Shown piece after piece: positions 45,723 to 54,917 of a DNA stretch of 55,304 nt. The position numbers and the translations under genes are program-made. Position 1 is the first letter of the stretch. Each line of letters begins with the position of its first letter. The DNA is from a bacterium (GTDB lineage Bacteria; Arandabacterota; Arandabacteria; Arandabacterales; JALGWA01). The notes under the pieces are model-generated. The model saw nothing but the letters and a program-made list of their open reading frames with translations, was not told the origin of the DNA and ran no database searches. Where the stretch lies: positions 1 to 55,304 of the forward strand of contig JASFEA010000003.1 in assembly GCA_050125095.1 (NCBI GenBank), written 5' to 3'.

Positions 45723-45812
45723 CCCCGGTGGCAAAGCAAACCCCGGTGGCGAAGCAGCCTGTGATTGCGGAGCAATCGTCCCTTGCGAAGCAATCCTGAG
45801 GATTGCAGGCGG
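45723..45812. repeat. degenerate 18-bp tandem repeat (about 5 units) between rnpB 3' end and the relA start
   Basis: Plus-strand units CCCCGGTGGCAAAGCAAA / CCCCGGTGGCGAAGCAGC / CTGTGATTGCGGAGCAAT / CGTCCCTTGCGAAGCAAT / CCTGAGGATTGCAGGCGG. On the minus strand they contain short palindromes TTGC-TTC-GCAA, ATTGC-TCC-GCAAT and GCAATCC-TCA-GGATTGC. Confidence 0.8.
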
Positions 45813-45813
45813 G

Positions 45814-46190
45814 CGGTGGAGCAGGTAATAAGCCGAGTTCTGTTCCCGGGAGCCCTACCGCAAGTCCCCCCCGGGACGATGGTCATTAATCTAAGGATGC
45901 GGATTGCCCCGCACCTCATGCGGCCCAACCCGGGAATTATAGCGAAGCGGGCAGCTTCTCTTCCCCTATTTGGCCTTGCTCCAGGTGGGGTTTACCTAGC
46001 TGCCCCCGTCACCGGGGGCACTGGTGAGCTCTTACCTCACCGTTTCACCCTTACCGGCCGAAGCCGGCGGTATGCTTTCTGTGGCACTATCCTTGGGATC
46101 GCTCCCACTGGGGATTACCCAGCACCCTGCCCTGTGGAGCTCGGACTTTCCTCACACGGCGTAGCCGTGCGCGACCACCTAACCTGCTCC
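45814..46190 (-). ncRNA. rnpB: RNase P RNA, bacterial type A
   Basis: Minus strand: P1 GGAGCAGGT (46190-46182) pairs with ACCTGCTCC (45826-45818). P3 hairpin CACGGC-TAC-GCCGTG. Universally conserved GAGGAAAGTCCGAGCTCCACAGGGCAGGGTGC, GGTAAGGGTGAAA, AGCAAGGCCAAATAGGGG and ACAGAACTCGGCTTAT. Ends are approximate (+/-5 nt). Confidence 0.88.
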
Positions 46191-46790
46191 GGACCTGTCC
46201 TCTTTGTGCGCTGCTATGGCCAGGTTCGCCAGGTTGTCCGCCTTCTTATTATACTTCCTATTCACCTGTGTAACATCAAATTTATCAAAATGTTGTGCAA
46301 TTTTCTTAAGACGCTGGTGGAGCTTCGCAAGCGCTGGATTCTTCACCCTGTACTCACCCGTAATCTGCTTGGCCACAAGTTCGCTGTCAAGCCTCAATTC
46401 GACTTCCGAGGCGCCGAGTTCACGCGCCTTCTCGAGGGCGAGTATCGCGCCCTCGTACTCGGCGACATTGTTGGTCGCCCTGCCTATGTACCGGCTCTCC
46501 TCCAGGAGATCATCGCCGCCCTCGTCGGTCAGCACCGCCCCGCAGCCGGCGTCGCCGGGATTCCCTATTGAAGCACCGTCGGAGTAGGCGATCACTCTCT
46601 TTATGCCTGTAGCGGGACGGGCTACAGGGAGGCGGTCGCTCAGAGCGAAGAGCGAATCCGCGAGTTGTTTCCTGGAGGCGAAGCCAGCCTCGGACCAGAC
46701 ATCCTCGAGCCGCCGGCCGGAAGCCATCAGCTTAAGCGCATAGGTGAGGTCTTCTTTACCGTCCACCGGTTTACTCATCTCTCCAGACAA
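46179..46790 (-). CDS. RNase HI-family protein with ~65-aa N-terminal extension
   Basis: YSDGASIGNPG (Asp), NNVAEYEG (Glu), LDSELV (Asp) and KKADNLAN (Asp). The last 4 codons and the stop overlap the rnpB P1 5' strand. An alternative start is ATG 46778. Confidence 0.8.
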   Translation of the reverse strand: MSGEMSKPVDGKEDLTYALKLMASGRRLEDVWSEAGFASRKQLADSLFALSDRLPVARPATGIKRVIAYSDGASIGNPGDAGCGAVLTDEGGDDLLEESRYIGRATNNVAEYEGAILALEKARELGASEVELRLDSELVAKQITGEYRVKNPALAKLHQRLKKIAQHFDKFDVTQVNRKYNKKADNLANLAIAAHKEDRSGAG

Positions 46791-47478
46791 TAATCCTGCC
46801 GCAGCCCTCGCAGGTGATTATCCGCTCCATCATCTTGAGTTCCTGGGTCTCCTGCGGCGGTATCCTCCGATAACAACCGCCACAGGCGCCGTTCTGGACG
46901 ACCGCGACGGCCATTCCGGCCTTATTGTCCCTTATCCTCTCATACCTCGCAAGCAGGGCCGCGTCGATGTTAACCACGAGCCTCTTCCTCTCGTCATGCT
47001 TGATGGCGATCTGGTCCTGGAGCTCCTTGTCCCGCGCCTCGAGGTCGGCCTTGTCCTTCTCCGCCTCGGCCCTGTACTGGCCGAGCTTCTTCGCCTCAGC
47101 AGCCGCCGTACTCGATATCTTCTCTATTTTCTCCAGAAGCTCGAGCACCGTGTCCTCGATCTTGGAGCTCTTCTCCTTGAGTGCGTCAATCTCGTGCTGG
47201 AGAGATTCATACTCCCGGTTGGTTTTCACCTGATAGAGCTGGCCCTGGAACTTGTTTATCTGTTCGCTCATCTGCTTGAGGTCGGTTTCCTTTTCGTCCC
47301 GGAGCTTTGCCACACCGATGGACTCGTCCTTAATCTTCTGAATGGCCTGCTCCATCTCCTCAAGCTTCGTGTCAATCTCTTCCCTGTCACCGGGAATCGT
47401 TGCCTTCTCTTTCTCGAGCGCGTCTATCTCATCGTCGAGTTTCTGAAGCCTGAAGAGGATGTCCAGCGTTTCTTTCAT
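46771..47478 (-). CDS. coiled-coil protein with C-terminal C4 zinc ribbon (COG1579/DUF164-like)
   Basis: I start at ATG 47478 (MKETLDILFRLQKLDDEIDALEKE; TGATG overlap with the nif3 stop). Long heptad-rich region, then CGGCYRRIP...CEGCGRII. Confidence 0.8.
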   Translation of the reverse strand: MKETLDILFRLQKLDDEIDALEKEKATIPGDREEIDTKLEEMEQAIQKIKDESIGVAKLRDEKETDLKQMSEQINKFQGQLYQVKTNREYESLQHEIDALKEKSSKIEDTVLELLEKIEKISSTAAAEAKKLGQYRAEAEKDKADLEARDKELQDQIAIKHDERKRLVVNIDAALLARYERIRDNKAGMAVAVVQNGACGGCYRRIPPQETQELKMMERIITCEGCGRIIVWRDE

Positions 47479-48557
47479 CAGCGAACTCCTTCTCCTCCAG
47501 CTCTGGTGGGCAGATAAGTCTTCACTCCCCACCCCTCTCTTTTTGACGTTTCCCTTACCATGTAAACGAGCTCCCTTGCTCCCGCCAGAAGGAAGCAGTA
47601 CCTGGGGAATTCCAGGATATTGAGCGGCGACTTCCAGGCCATCGCCTTGCCGAGTCCCTTGGAGTCCGGGCCGACATAGAGCCCCACGCTTGCAAGCGAG
47701 GCCTCATAGAGCCCCTCGCTCGGCTCGCCGTCCCAGATGAGCACGTTGCCAGCCTGCTCCTTGCCCAGGCTTAAGACCGGCTGTGAGCCGAGCACTGACG
47801 CTATCCTCCTGGAAGCTGCCTGGGCTGTCAGCGCGCCGCCCAGGGAGCCGGTTCTTCCCTCACCGAATTCCGTTCCGGTCGTTGTCTCGTATATTTCGAT
47901 TACGGGTTCCTCATAAGGATGGGCCTTCCTCAGGGCCGAGATCACCCGGCCCAGCTTCTCCTGCGGAACCCTCACCTCCAGCCTTTCCTCTTCGACCTCC
48001 TCCAGCTTCCCCGCCTGCCCGACATTGGGCTTGCTGCCCTTCTCCCCGTAAAAAGTCCCCTTCCCGGAGGCGGCAAAAGAGCACTTGCTGTACAGACCGT
48101 ACTTGCCGGCCCCGCTTGCGAAGACGGCCTCCCTCACCTTGGGCAGGTCGGAGGCCGGAAGGAAGGTTGTGATCTTGTGGTCGGCCTCCCTTCCCAGGAC
48201 CCGCACCGGGACGGGGGCCTCGACGCCTATGGCCCCGGCGATGCGGCCCGCGACGCCCCAGGAATGGTAGCGCCAGGCCGGACCCACGAATCTCGCCAGG
48301 AGCCCCTCGACCGACCCCAGCGAGACCGCCAGAAGCGCCCGCGCCTTCTCGTCCAGCTTCCCCAGGTAAGCGACATAGGTGCCCCCGTCGCCCTCGATCT
48401 TCCCCGCTATGCCCTCCAGCTGCGCCGGGCTCCAGGCCACGTAGAATCGTTCGATCTCGATGTCTCTTCTGCCGATCCACGACGCAACCGGCAGGCCGGT
48501 TGCGCCCAGGGCGGGCGCGAACCCGTCGATGAGATCATCCAGAATCTCCGCTTTCAA
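47478..48557 (-). CDS. NIF3-family (GTP cyclohydrolase I type 2 homolog) dinuclear-metal protein with inserted PII-like domain
   Basis: 359 aa, TTG start behind GGAGG. The insert ASGAGKYGLYSKCSFAASGKGTFYGEKGSKPNVGQAGKLEEVEEERLEV...HPYEEPVIEIY matches the NIF3 cap domain. The N-terminal part is less typical. Confidence 0.7.
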   Translation of the reverse strand: MKAEILDDLIDGFAPALGATGLPVASWIGRRDIEIERFYVAWSPAQLEGIAGKIEGDGGTYVAYLGKLDEKARALLAVSLGSVEGLLARFVGPAWRYHSWGVAGRIAGAIGVEAPVPVRVLGREADHKITTFLPASDLPKVREAVFASGAGKYGLYSKCSFAASGKGTFYGEKGSKPNVGQAGKLEEVEEERLEVRVPQEKLGRVISALRKAHPYEEPVIEIYETTTGTEFGEGRTGSLGGALTAQAASRRIASVLGSQPVLSLGKEQAGNVLIWDGEPSEGLYEASLASVGLYVGPDSKGLGKAMAWKSPLNILEFPRYCFLLAGARELVYMVRETSKREGWGVKTYLPTRAGGEGVR

Positions 48558-48570
48558 ATCGCAACCTCCA

Positions 48571-48609
48571 TAAACAAAAAAGGCGTGTACCGTTTACCGG
48601 CACACGCCT
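48571..48609 (-). terminator. rho-independent terminator downstream of the tRNA pair
   Basis: Minus strand AGGCGTGT-G-CCG-GTAAA-CGG-T-ACACGCCT followed by TTTTTTGTTT. Confidence 0.65.
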
Positions 48610-48688
48610 GGAGCAAGGTTCCCCGGTAGAGGGAAATGGCAGAGTTTTCTTTTCCTCACCAGCTTATGTCCCATTTTGCCCCTTACTA

Positions 48689-48765
48689 TGGTGGGCGATA
48701 CTGGACTTGAACCAGTGACCTCCCGCGTGTGAGGCGGGCGCTCTAAACCACTGAGCTAATCGCCC
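48689..48765 (-). tRNA. tRNA-Val (anticodon CAC), CCA encoded
   Basis: GGGCGATTAGCTCAGTGGTTTAGAGCGCCCGCCTCACACGCGGGAGGTCACTGGTTCAAGTCCAGTATCGCCCACCA folds as a cloverleaf by hand. Anticodon arm is CCCGC-CTCACAC-GCGGG. Confidence 0.9.
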
Positions 48766-48791
48766 TAATACAAGAGTATAGAAAGCGAAAA

Positions 48792-48868
48792 TGGTGGGCC
48801 CACTAGGGCTCGAACCTAGGACCTTCCGGTTATGAGCCGGGCGCTCTGACCAACTGAGCTATGGGCCC
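48792..48868 (-). tRNA. tRNA with CAT anticodon (elongator Met or lysidine-modified Ile2), CCA encoded
   Basis: GGGCCCATAGCTCAGTTGGTCAGAGCGCCCGGCTCATAACCGGAAGGTCCTAGGTTCGAGCCCTAGTGGGCCCACCA. The G1-C72 pair and the absence of the GGG/CCC anticodon stem exclude an initiator. Confidence 0.85.
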
Positions 48869-48881
48869 CCGTAAAAGAATA

Positions 48882-48909
48882 ATTATATGGTGCCTCAGGG
48901 CACCGTCAA
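48882..48909 (-). promoter_or_regulatory. sigma70 promoter TTGACG-N16-TATAAT driving the tRNA pair
   Basis: Minus strand -35 at 48909-48904 and -10 at 48887-48882. The spacer contains hairpin GGTGCC-CTGA-GGCACC. The tRNA 5' end lies ~13 nt after the -10. Confidence 0.6.
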
Positions 48910-48916
48910 GCGAAAA

Positions 48917-50662
48917 CTACTGTGGCTCGATGTAACCCGTGAGTTTCCTCGCTCTCGAGGGATGCTTGAGCTTCCTTAAGGCCTTCGCCTCTATCTGGCG
49001 GACCCTCTCCCTCGTCACGTTGAAAATGCTCCCGACTTCCTCGAGCGTTCTCGGGCAGCCGTCTCCAAGCCCGAATCTCAGTCTTATTACTTTCTCCTCC
49101 CTTCTCGTCAGGGTGGAGAGCACGTTGCTCATCTGCTCCTGCAGCATGACGAAGGCCGCCGACTGCGCCGGCGAGACCACTTTGGTGTCCTCGATGAAGT
49201 CACCGAGGTTGCTGTCCTCGTCCTCGCCGATGGGCCGGTCCAGCGAGATCGGCTCCTGGGCGGCCTTGAGCACGCTCTTTACCTTGTCGATGGGAAGGTC
49301 AAGCGTCTTGGCGATTTCCTCCGGCGACGGCTCGCGCCCGTATTCCTGTACGAGCCGCCTGGAAGCCCGGATCACCTTGTTTATGGCCTCGATCATGTGG
49401 ACCGGCACCCTTATCGTCCTGGCCTGGTCCGCGATCGCCCTCGTTATCGCCTGCCTGATCCACCATGTCGCGTACGTGGAGAACTTGTAGCCCTTCTTGT
49501 AGTCGAACTTCTCCACCGCCCGCATGAGACCGCTGTTGCCTTCCTGGATGAGGTCGAGGAACTCCAGGCCCCTGTTCACGTAGCGCTTCGCGATCGAGAT
49601 CACGAGCCTGACATTGGCCTCGATCATCCTCTTTTTGCCGTCTATGACAAGCCTCTCGCCCTCCTCGATCCCGCCTACGAGCTCGGTGAGTTCGGCCGTC
49701 GTCATCTTGGCCTCGACCTCGACTCTCCTGATCTTGCGTTTTGCGTTCTTAATGCGCCTCTCCAGGGCCTGCCACTCCGCCTTGTTGCGCTTGGTCTCCT
49801 TCCTCACCTTGCGCACGCGGCTGGGGCCCCTGCTGCATTCCCGCGCGTAGGCAACGATCTCGCTCACCGAGTACCCGGCCTCCTCCTCAACATCGGAGAT
49901 CTCCTTCTGGCACTCGGCTATCCTGGCGGCGAGATTCTTGGGACGCTCCGTGAGCCTCGCGATCTGCTGCCTGTGCAGCTTGAGCTCGGTGAGCTCCTTT
50001 ATCATCTTCTTTTCATACTTCTCGAGCTGTTTGTTTATCACCTTCTCGCGTTTCTTACCCGACTTGGTCGCGAGCTTCTTGTTCAACTTCTCCATCTCGA
50101 CCTGGATCTTGGCTATCCTCTTGATCGCGCGCAGCGCTCTCTGCCTTTCGCGTCTGCCCGTGTAAAGCGGGCCCCATGCGCCGACGTCGACCTGAAGGAA
50201 ATCCTCGATCCTGATCTTGCCTTTCTCGAGCTTGGCACCCAGCGAGAACAGGTCCTTGAAAGAGGTCGGGCACAGAAAGACCGCTCTTTCGATCATGGCC
50301 TGGCCATCTTCAATCTGTCTCGCCAGTGATATTTCGCCTTCTCTGTCCAGGAGCGGGACCTTGCCCATCTCCCTGAGATACATGCGAATCGGATCGTCGT
50401 ACCGCATACTTTGCGAAGCCATCTGCTGCTCGTGCCGCCGGGCTTTCTCCTTATCTTTTTTCTCGCGCTTCTTTAGCGCCTCTTCTGGAGAGTCGACGAC
50501 ATCAAGTTTCATCTTGTTGAACATGATGTGGACTTCGTCCATGTCCTCAACAGTGGCTTCGTCGCCCAGGCATTCATTGATCTGATCGATCGTTATGAAA
50601 CCCTGCTTGATTGCCTGTTCTTTGAGTTTCCGCACCACCTGTGCACGCAACCCAGACTTCAT
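48917..50662 (-). CDS. rpoD: RNA polymerase primary sigma factor (sigma-70)
   Basis: 581 aa. [54 protein letters not shown] and [20 protein letters not shown]. Confidence 0.95.
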   Translation of the reverse strand: MKSGLRAQVVRKLKEQAIKQGFITIDQINECLGDEATVEDMDEVHIMFNKMKLDVVDSPEEALKKREKKDKEKARRHEQQMASQSMRYDDPIRMYLREMGKVPLLDREGEISLARQIEDGQAMIERAVFLCPTSFKDLFSLGAKLEKGKIRIEDFLQVDVGAWGPLYTGRRERQRALRAIKRIAKIQVEMEKLNKKLATKSGKKREKVINKQLEKYEKKMIKELTELKLHRQQIARLTERPKNLAARIAECQKEISDVEEEAGYSVSEIVAYARECSRGPSRVRKVRKETKRNKAEWQALERRIKNAKRKIRRVEVEAKMTTAELTELVGGIEEGERLVIDGKKRMIEANVRLVISIAKRYVNRGLEFLDLIQEGNSGLMRAVEKFDYKKGYKFSTYATWWIRQAITRAIADQARTIRVPVHMIEAINKVIRASRRLVQEYGREPSPEEIAKTLDLPIDKVKSVLKAAQEPISLDRPIGEDEDSNLGDFIEDTKVVSPAQSAAFVMLQEQMSNVLSTLTRREEKVIRLRFGLGDGCPRTLEEVGSIFNVTRERVRQIEAKALRKLKHPSRARKLTGYIEPQ

Positions 50663-50704
50663 GTCTCTCCCTTCTCCTTCCCCCGCGGGCGGGTCGCTTC
50701 GGGG

Positions 50705-52441
50705 TCAGGTGGAAAGCGCCTTCAACTTCTCTGCCAATCCCTGCCTCTCGGAAAGCAGGGCACTCAAGCGTTCGGCATCACCCTCCTTCTCGGCTAAGTG
50801 TATCTGTTGGCGCAATTCATCTATGCGTCTTCCTATTCTCCTCTTGATGATGAAGTTGATGTGGTCGTATACCATGCGGTCGGCATTGGCTTCGGTGTCC
50901 AGCTCGAGAGTGCTCTCAGCCAGCAGTCGCCGCGTAGGCTCGTCTTCGATGCCGGTCAAGAGCGCGCTGGCGTCGAAAGGAAGTTCTTTGGCTCTGCGGT
51001 CCAATATCAATTCGGCTATAGCTCTGGCCCTCGCATCACTGAAATCAGCAGGCGAAATCTCGTCGAATACCGCCTCCGCGTACTGCGGCATTCCCACCAG
51101 TATAGATACTAAGGATTTCTCCACTCTATCGCAAGGCGCTTGCCTTTCTACCTCCGTCCCGCCCCGGCGCCTGCCTTCGGCGGGCAGGCCCCTAAGGGTC
51201 GCCTCCAGTTTGTGCTCGGGTATGCCCGTCCTTTCGTACAGAACCCTCATATCTATGGAGCGCCTCGTGGGGTCCGAGATCCTGCGCATGATATCCAGCG
51301 CCAGTCTTATGGCCTCCTCCTTCTCGCGGGGGGAGGTCTCGGACAGTATGAAGTCCACGTAATGGGACCCCTTATCCACCATGTCCCTCAGCTCGTCGGC
51401 GCCCCGGGTCCTCACGAATGAATCGGGGTCCTCGCCCGCCGGCAGCCTGACTATGCGCATCTTGAGCCCCGCCTCCGCGGCAGACGCGCAGCCCCTTATG
51501 GAGGCGATCTTGCCCGCCTGGTCGCCGTCATACATGAAGACGACCTCTGGGCAGAATCTCCTCAGGTTCTTGGCCTGGCCGACGGTGAAGGCCGTGCCGA
51601 GCGAGGCCACCGTATTCGCAATCCCGTTCATGTGCATGGTGATTACGTCGAGATAGCCCTCGACCACAATGGCCATGCCCTGGGCCCCCGTCTCCCTCCT
51701 GGCCCTGTGCAGGCCGTAAAGCGTGCGGTTCTTCTTGAAGATCACCGTCTCGGGCGAGTTAATGTACTTGGGCACCGAATCGTCCAGCACCCTGGCGCCG
51801 AACGCCAGGATGCGCCTTCCCGTCGGATTGGGGATGGGGAATATGAGCCTCTTGTGGAACCTGTCCCGGATGCCCGTCTCCCAGGAGGAGGCGAGCCCCA
51901 GGTCCACGAGCTTGCCTGTTTTGAGGCCATTCTTCTGGGCCTGCCCCACGAGGTGCCTCCCGTCTGAAGGGCAGTAACCTATGAGGAAGTCCTTCTCTAT
52001 GTCCTCCGGGATGCCGCGCGAGCGGAGGTAATCGCGGGCTTCGAGGCCCTCCCTGGTATTGAGAAGGGCCGACCGGTAAACCTTCGTGGCCAGCGCGTTT
52101 ATGCGGTATGTGAGCTCGGCCTCAGACGACTCCCGGCTGCTCCTTCGGGGCAGGTCGATGCCGTAGCGTTTGGCCAGCATCTCCAGCGCGTCGCGGAAGG
52201 ACAGGTTCTCATACTGCATGAGGAAGTTGAAGACATTGCCGCCGGCCCCGCAACCGAAGCAGTGATAGATCTGCTTGTCCGGCACGACATAGAAGGACGG
52301 GTCTTTGTCCTCATGAAACGGGCAGCGCGCCCTGTAGTCCTTGCCGGACTTGGTGAGGGGGAAGTACTGCTGCACGACTTCAACGATATCCGCGGCTTCC
52401 CTGACCTGTTCGATCACGCTATCGGATGTGCTGCCCGCCAA
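50705..52441 (-). CDS. dnaG: DNA primase
   Basis: 578 aa, TTG start behind GGAGG. Zinc finger CPFHEDKDPSFYVVPDKQIYHCFGCGAGGN and Toprim VVEGYLDV...YDGDQAG. Confidence 0.95.
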   Translation of the reverse strand: MAGSTSDSVIEQVREAADIVEVVQQYFPLTKSGKDYRARCPFHEDKDPSFYVVPDKQIYHCFGCGAGGNVFNFLMQYENLSFRDALEMLAKRYGIDLPRRSSRESSEAELTYRINALATKVYRSALLNTREGLEARDYLRSRGIPEDIEKDFLIGYCPSDGRHLVGQAQKNGLKTGKLVDLGLASSWETGIRDRFHKRLIFPIPNPTGRRILAFGARVLDDSVPKYINSPETVIFKKNRTLYGLHRARRETGAQGMAIVVEGYLDVITMHMNGIANTVASLGTAFTVGQAKNLRRFCPEVVFMYDGDQAGKIASIRGCASAAEAGLKMRIVRLPAGEDPDSFVRTRGADELRDMVDKGSHYVDFILSETSPREKEEAIRLALDIMRRISDPTRRSIDMRVLYERTGIPEHKLEATLRGLPAEGRRRGGTEVERQAPCDRVEKSLVSILVGMPQYAEAVFDEISPADFSDARARAIAELILDRRAKELPFDASALLTGIEDEPTRRLLAESTLELDTEANADRMVYDHINFIIKRRIGRRIDELRQQIHLAEKEGDAERLSALLSERQGLAEKLKALST

Positions 52442-52466
52442 CCGCTGCGCCTCCGTCTATTTCGGT

Positions 52467-54827
52467 CTAGTCCAGATTGAGCTCCACTATTGTAACGCCT
52501 GTGCTGCCTTCATAATAGTCGCCGAACCTGAAGGACTTCACGCGGGGATGCGAGCCCAACATCTCCCTTATCCGCTTGCTCAGTATGCCCCGGCCCTTGC
52601 CGTGGATGATCCTGACGCTCGGATAGCCGGAGAGAAGCGCCCCGTCGAGGTACTTGTCGACTTCTTCCCATGCTTCCTCGGCGGTCATGCCGCGCACGCT
52701 GATCTCGGATGGAACATCCTTGGGCTCGTACACAACCGGCTGGGGCGCGTGCTTGACCTCCCTGGTCCTGGCCTCGAAAAGCTCCTTAACGTCGATCTCG
52801 GCCCGGAGCGACCCCACCAGCACCTCCACCCTTCCCCTTGAGTCGGGAAGTGACATTATCACGCCGTCGCTAGAGAGGGGCTTCACGAAAGCCCTCTCGC
52901 CCACGCGCACCTCCGAGATGGGCGTCCGTGGCTCTTCGAACTCCTCGGCGGCCTCGGCCAGCCTGGTGGCCTCCTCCCGCATCTCAGCCTCGATGCGGCG
53001 AACCTCCTCGGCGTCCGCCCTGCGGCTCTTGAGTTCCTTGACATAGTGCTGAGCCCTGCGGCGCGCATCCTCCACTATGCTCCTGGCCTCTCTTACGGCC
53101 TCCTTCTTGATCTGCCGGTCATGCTCCTTTATCTCGGCGAGCTTCTTCTCATGCTCCGCCCGCATCCGGTCGAGCTCCTTCTTGCTCGCCTCAACATTGG
53201 TCTGTCGCTCCTCGAGGCCCTTCATCTTCCCCAGAAGCTCGCGCGTCAGGTCCTCGAACTTCACCGACTCGCCCCCGCAGTACTCCTTGGCGCGGTCTAT
53301 GATGCGTCCGTCGATTCCGAGCCTCGAGGCGATCTCGAAAGCGTGGCTCGCGCCGGGTATGCCCTGAATGAGTCTGTAGGTCGGCCGGAACCTGTCGCTG
53401 TCAAACTCCATGGAGGCGTTCTCGACTGAATCGTTTTCATGGGCGAAGACCTTGAGGCTGGTATGATGCGTCGTGGCGAACACCACGGCGCGCTTCTCAA
53501 GGAGATCCTCTATTACGGCCCGGGCGATGGCCGCGCCCTCCAGAGGATCGGTGCCCGCCCCGGCCTCGTCCAGCAGGACAAGCGTCCGCCCGTCGGCGTT
53601 CTCAAGTATGCCGATCAGGTTACGCATTCTCGAAGAGAAGGTGCTGAGGCTCAGCTCTATGGACTGCTCGTCGCCGATGTCGGCGTATATCTTATCGAAG
53701 AGGTCGATGTCCGTGCCGTCCTCGCACGGGACATGGAAGCCCGTCCGGGCCAGCAGTATCAGCACCCCGACGGTCTTGAGGGCAACTGTCTTGCCCCCCG
53801 CATTGGGCCCGGTTATGAGGAGCCCGCGCTTGCCGTCGCGCAAAGAGACGTCCAGCGGCACCACACTGAAAGACGGGTCGCTTCTTGCCTGCCTTACGAG
53901 CAGGGGATGCCTGCCGCCCACTATCACGGTATTGCCGCTATCGTTCACGCCGGGCTCACTGCAGCCGTACTCGAGGCTGAACCTCGCCCCCGCGTAAGCG
54001 GCGTCCACGTCCAACAGGCGCTCTACGTTCCCCTCGATCTCCCCGGCCGCCCCGCGCACCGCGTCCGTGAGCTCGCGCAGTATTCTTAAGATCTCGTCCT
54101 TCTCCTCGAGCTCCAGCGTGCGCAGGGAGTTATTGAGTTCCACCGTCTCCATGGGCTCTATGAACACCGTGGCCCCGCTCTGGGAAGTGTCATGCACTAT
54201 GCCCGATACCTTGCCCCGCGAGGCCGCTTTCACCGGGACCACGTAGCGGCCGTTTCTTATGGTGACGATGCTCTCCCGGATGTGGGTTTCGACGCCCTCT
54301 CTTTTGAGGAGGTTTGAGAGGGCTTTGGAGATCCTGGCGCTCACGCGCGCCTTCTCCTGGCGGATTTTCTTGAGCGCCGGCGAGGCATTGTCCTTTATAT
54401 TGGTGTCCTCGTCGATCGCCCGGTCTATGGCCTTCTCGAGGTCGCGGTGCTCGCTCAAGGCCGAGGCCAGCTGCCAGATTAGGCCGAACTCGTCCTTTAG
54501 CTGGCTGAAGAAAGATCTCACCAGCCTCGCAACTCTCACGGCGGCCCCCACATCCAGAATGGAGCCCGCGTCCAGGACTGAGCCTGGTATCAGCGATCTG
54601 GCGAGGACGGGCCTCACGTCGACGGTTTCCGAAAGCGGGGGCGTCTTGCCCCACTCGAGAAGGCGGCGCATCTCGGTCACCCTCTTGAGCCGGGTAAGCG
54701 CCTGTGCGCGCGCGTCCAGGGGGGAGAGTTCGAGCACCCGCCTGCGGCCGGCCTCTGAGGATGCAAAACCCGCAACCAGTTTAAGGGCCTTGTCGAACTC
54801 TAGAACATGAAGAGTGTGCTTCTCCAT
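52467..54827 (-). CDS. mutS2: endonuclease MutS2 (MutS domain V ATPase + C-terminal Smr)
   Basis: 786 aa. ITGPNAGGKT and LLDEAGAGTDP, a coiled-coil region, and the Smr domain ISVRGMTAEEA...VRIIHGKGRGILS. Confidence 0.95.
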   Translation of the reverse strand: MEKHTLHVLEFDKALKLVAGFASSEAGRRRVLELSPLDARAQALTRLKRVTEMRRLLEWGKTPPLSETVDVRPVLARSLIPGSVLDAGSILDVGAAVRVARLVRSFFSQLKDEFGLIWQLASALSEHRDLEKAIDRAIDEDTNIKDNASPALKKIRQEKARVSARISKALSNLLKREGVETHIRESIVTIRNGRYVVPVKAASRGKVSGIVHDTSQSGATVFIEPMETVELNNSLRTLELEEKDEILRILRELTDAVRGAAGEIEGNVERLLDVDAAYAGARFSLEYGCSEPGVNDSGNTVIVGGRHPLLVRQARSDPSFSVVPLDVSLRDGKRGLLITGPNAGGKTVALKTVGVLILLARTGFHVPCEDGTDIDLFDKIYADIGDEQSIELSLSTFSSRMRNLIGILENADGRTLVLLDEAGAGTDPLEGAAIARAVIEDLLEKRAVVFATTHHTSLKVFAHENDSVENASMEFDSDRFRPTYRLIQGIPGASHAFEIASRLGIDGRIIDRAKEYCGGESVKFEDLTRELLGKMKGLEERQTNVEASKKELDRMRAEHEKKLAEIKEHDRQIKKEAVREARSIVEDARRRAQHYVKELKSRRADAEEVRRIEAEMREEATRLAEAAEEFEEPRTPISEVRVGERAFVKPLSSDGVIMSLPDSRGRVEVLVGSLRAEIDVKELFEARTREVKHAPQPVVYEPKDVPSEISVRGMTAEEAWEEVDKYLDGALLSGYPSVRIIHGKGRGILSKRIREMLGSHPRVKSFRFGDYYEGSTGVTIVELNLD

Positions 54828-54917
54828 AAATAAGTCTGTTCACCGCACTCGAGTAAAAGGAACTTGCAAACAGAATGAAAAAGCGCTTCTACTTTACAGT
54901 AGCCGTGATGGTAGGGC

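Noticed and set aside
45551-45799. Plus-strand 82-aa ORF translating the 18-bp repeats as PVAKQT/PVAKQP/VIAEQS/SLAKQS hexapeptide repeats.
   Set aside because: It starts antisense inside relA, has no SD, and its periodicity simply mirrors the DNA repeat. I treat it as non-coding.
50701-50710. GGGGTCAGGT at the dnaG stop matches the first 10 nt of the 37-bp repeat unit.
   Set aside because: Only a 10-mer match in GC-rich DNA, with no extension of similarity. Insufficient to link the loci.
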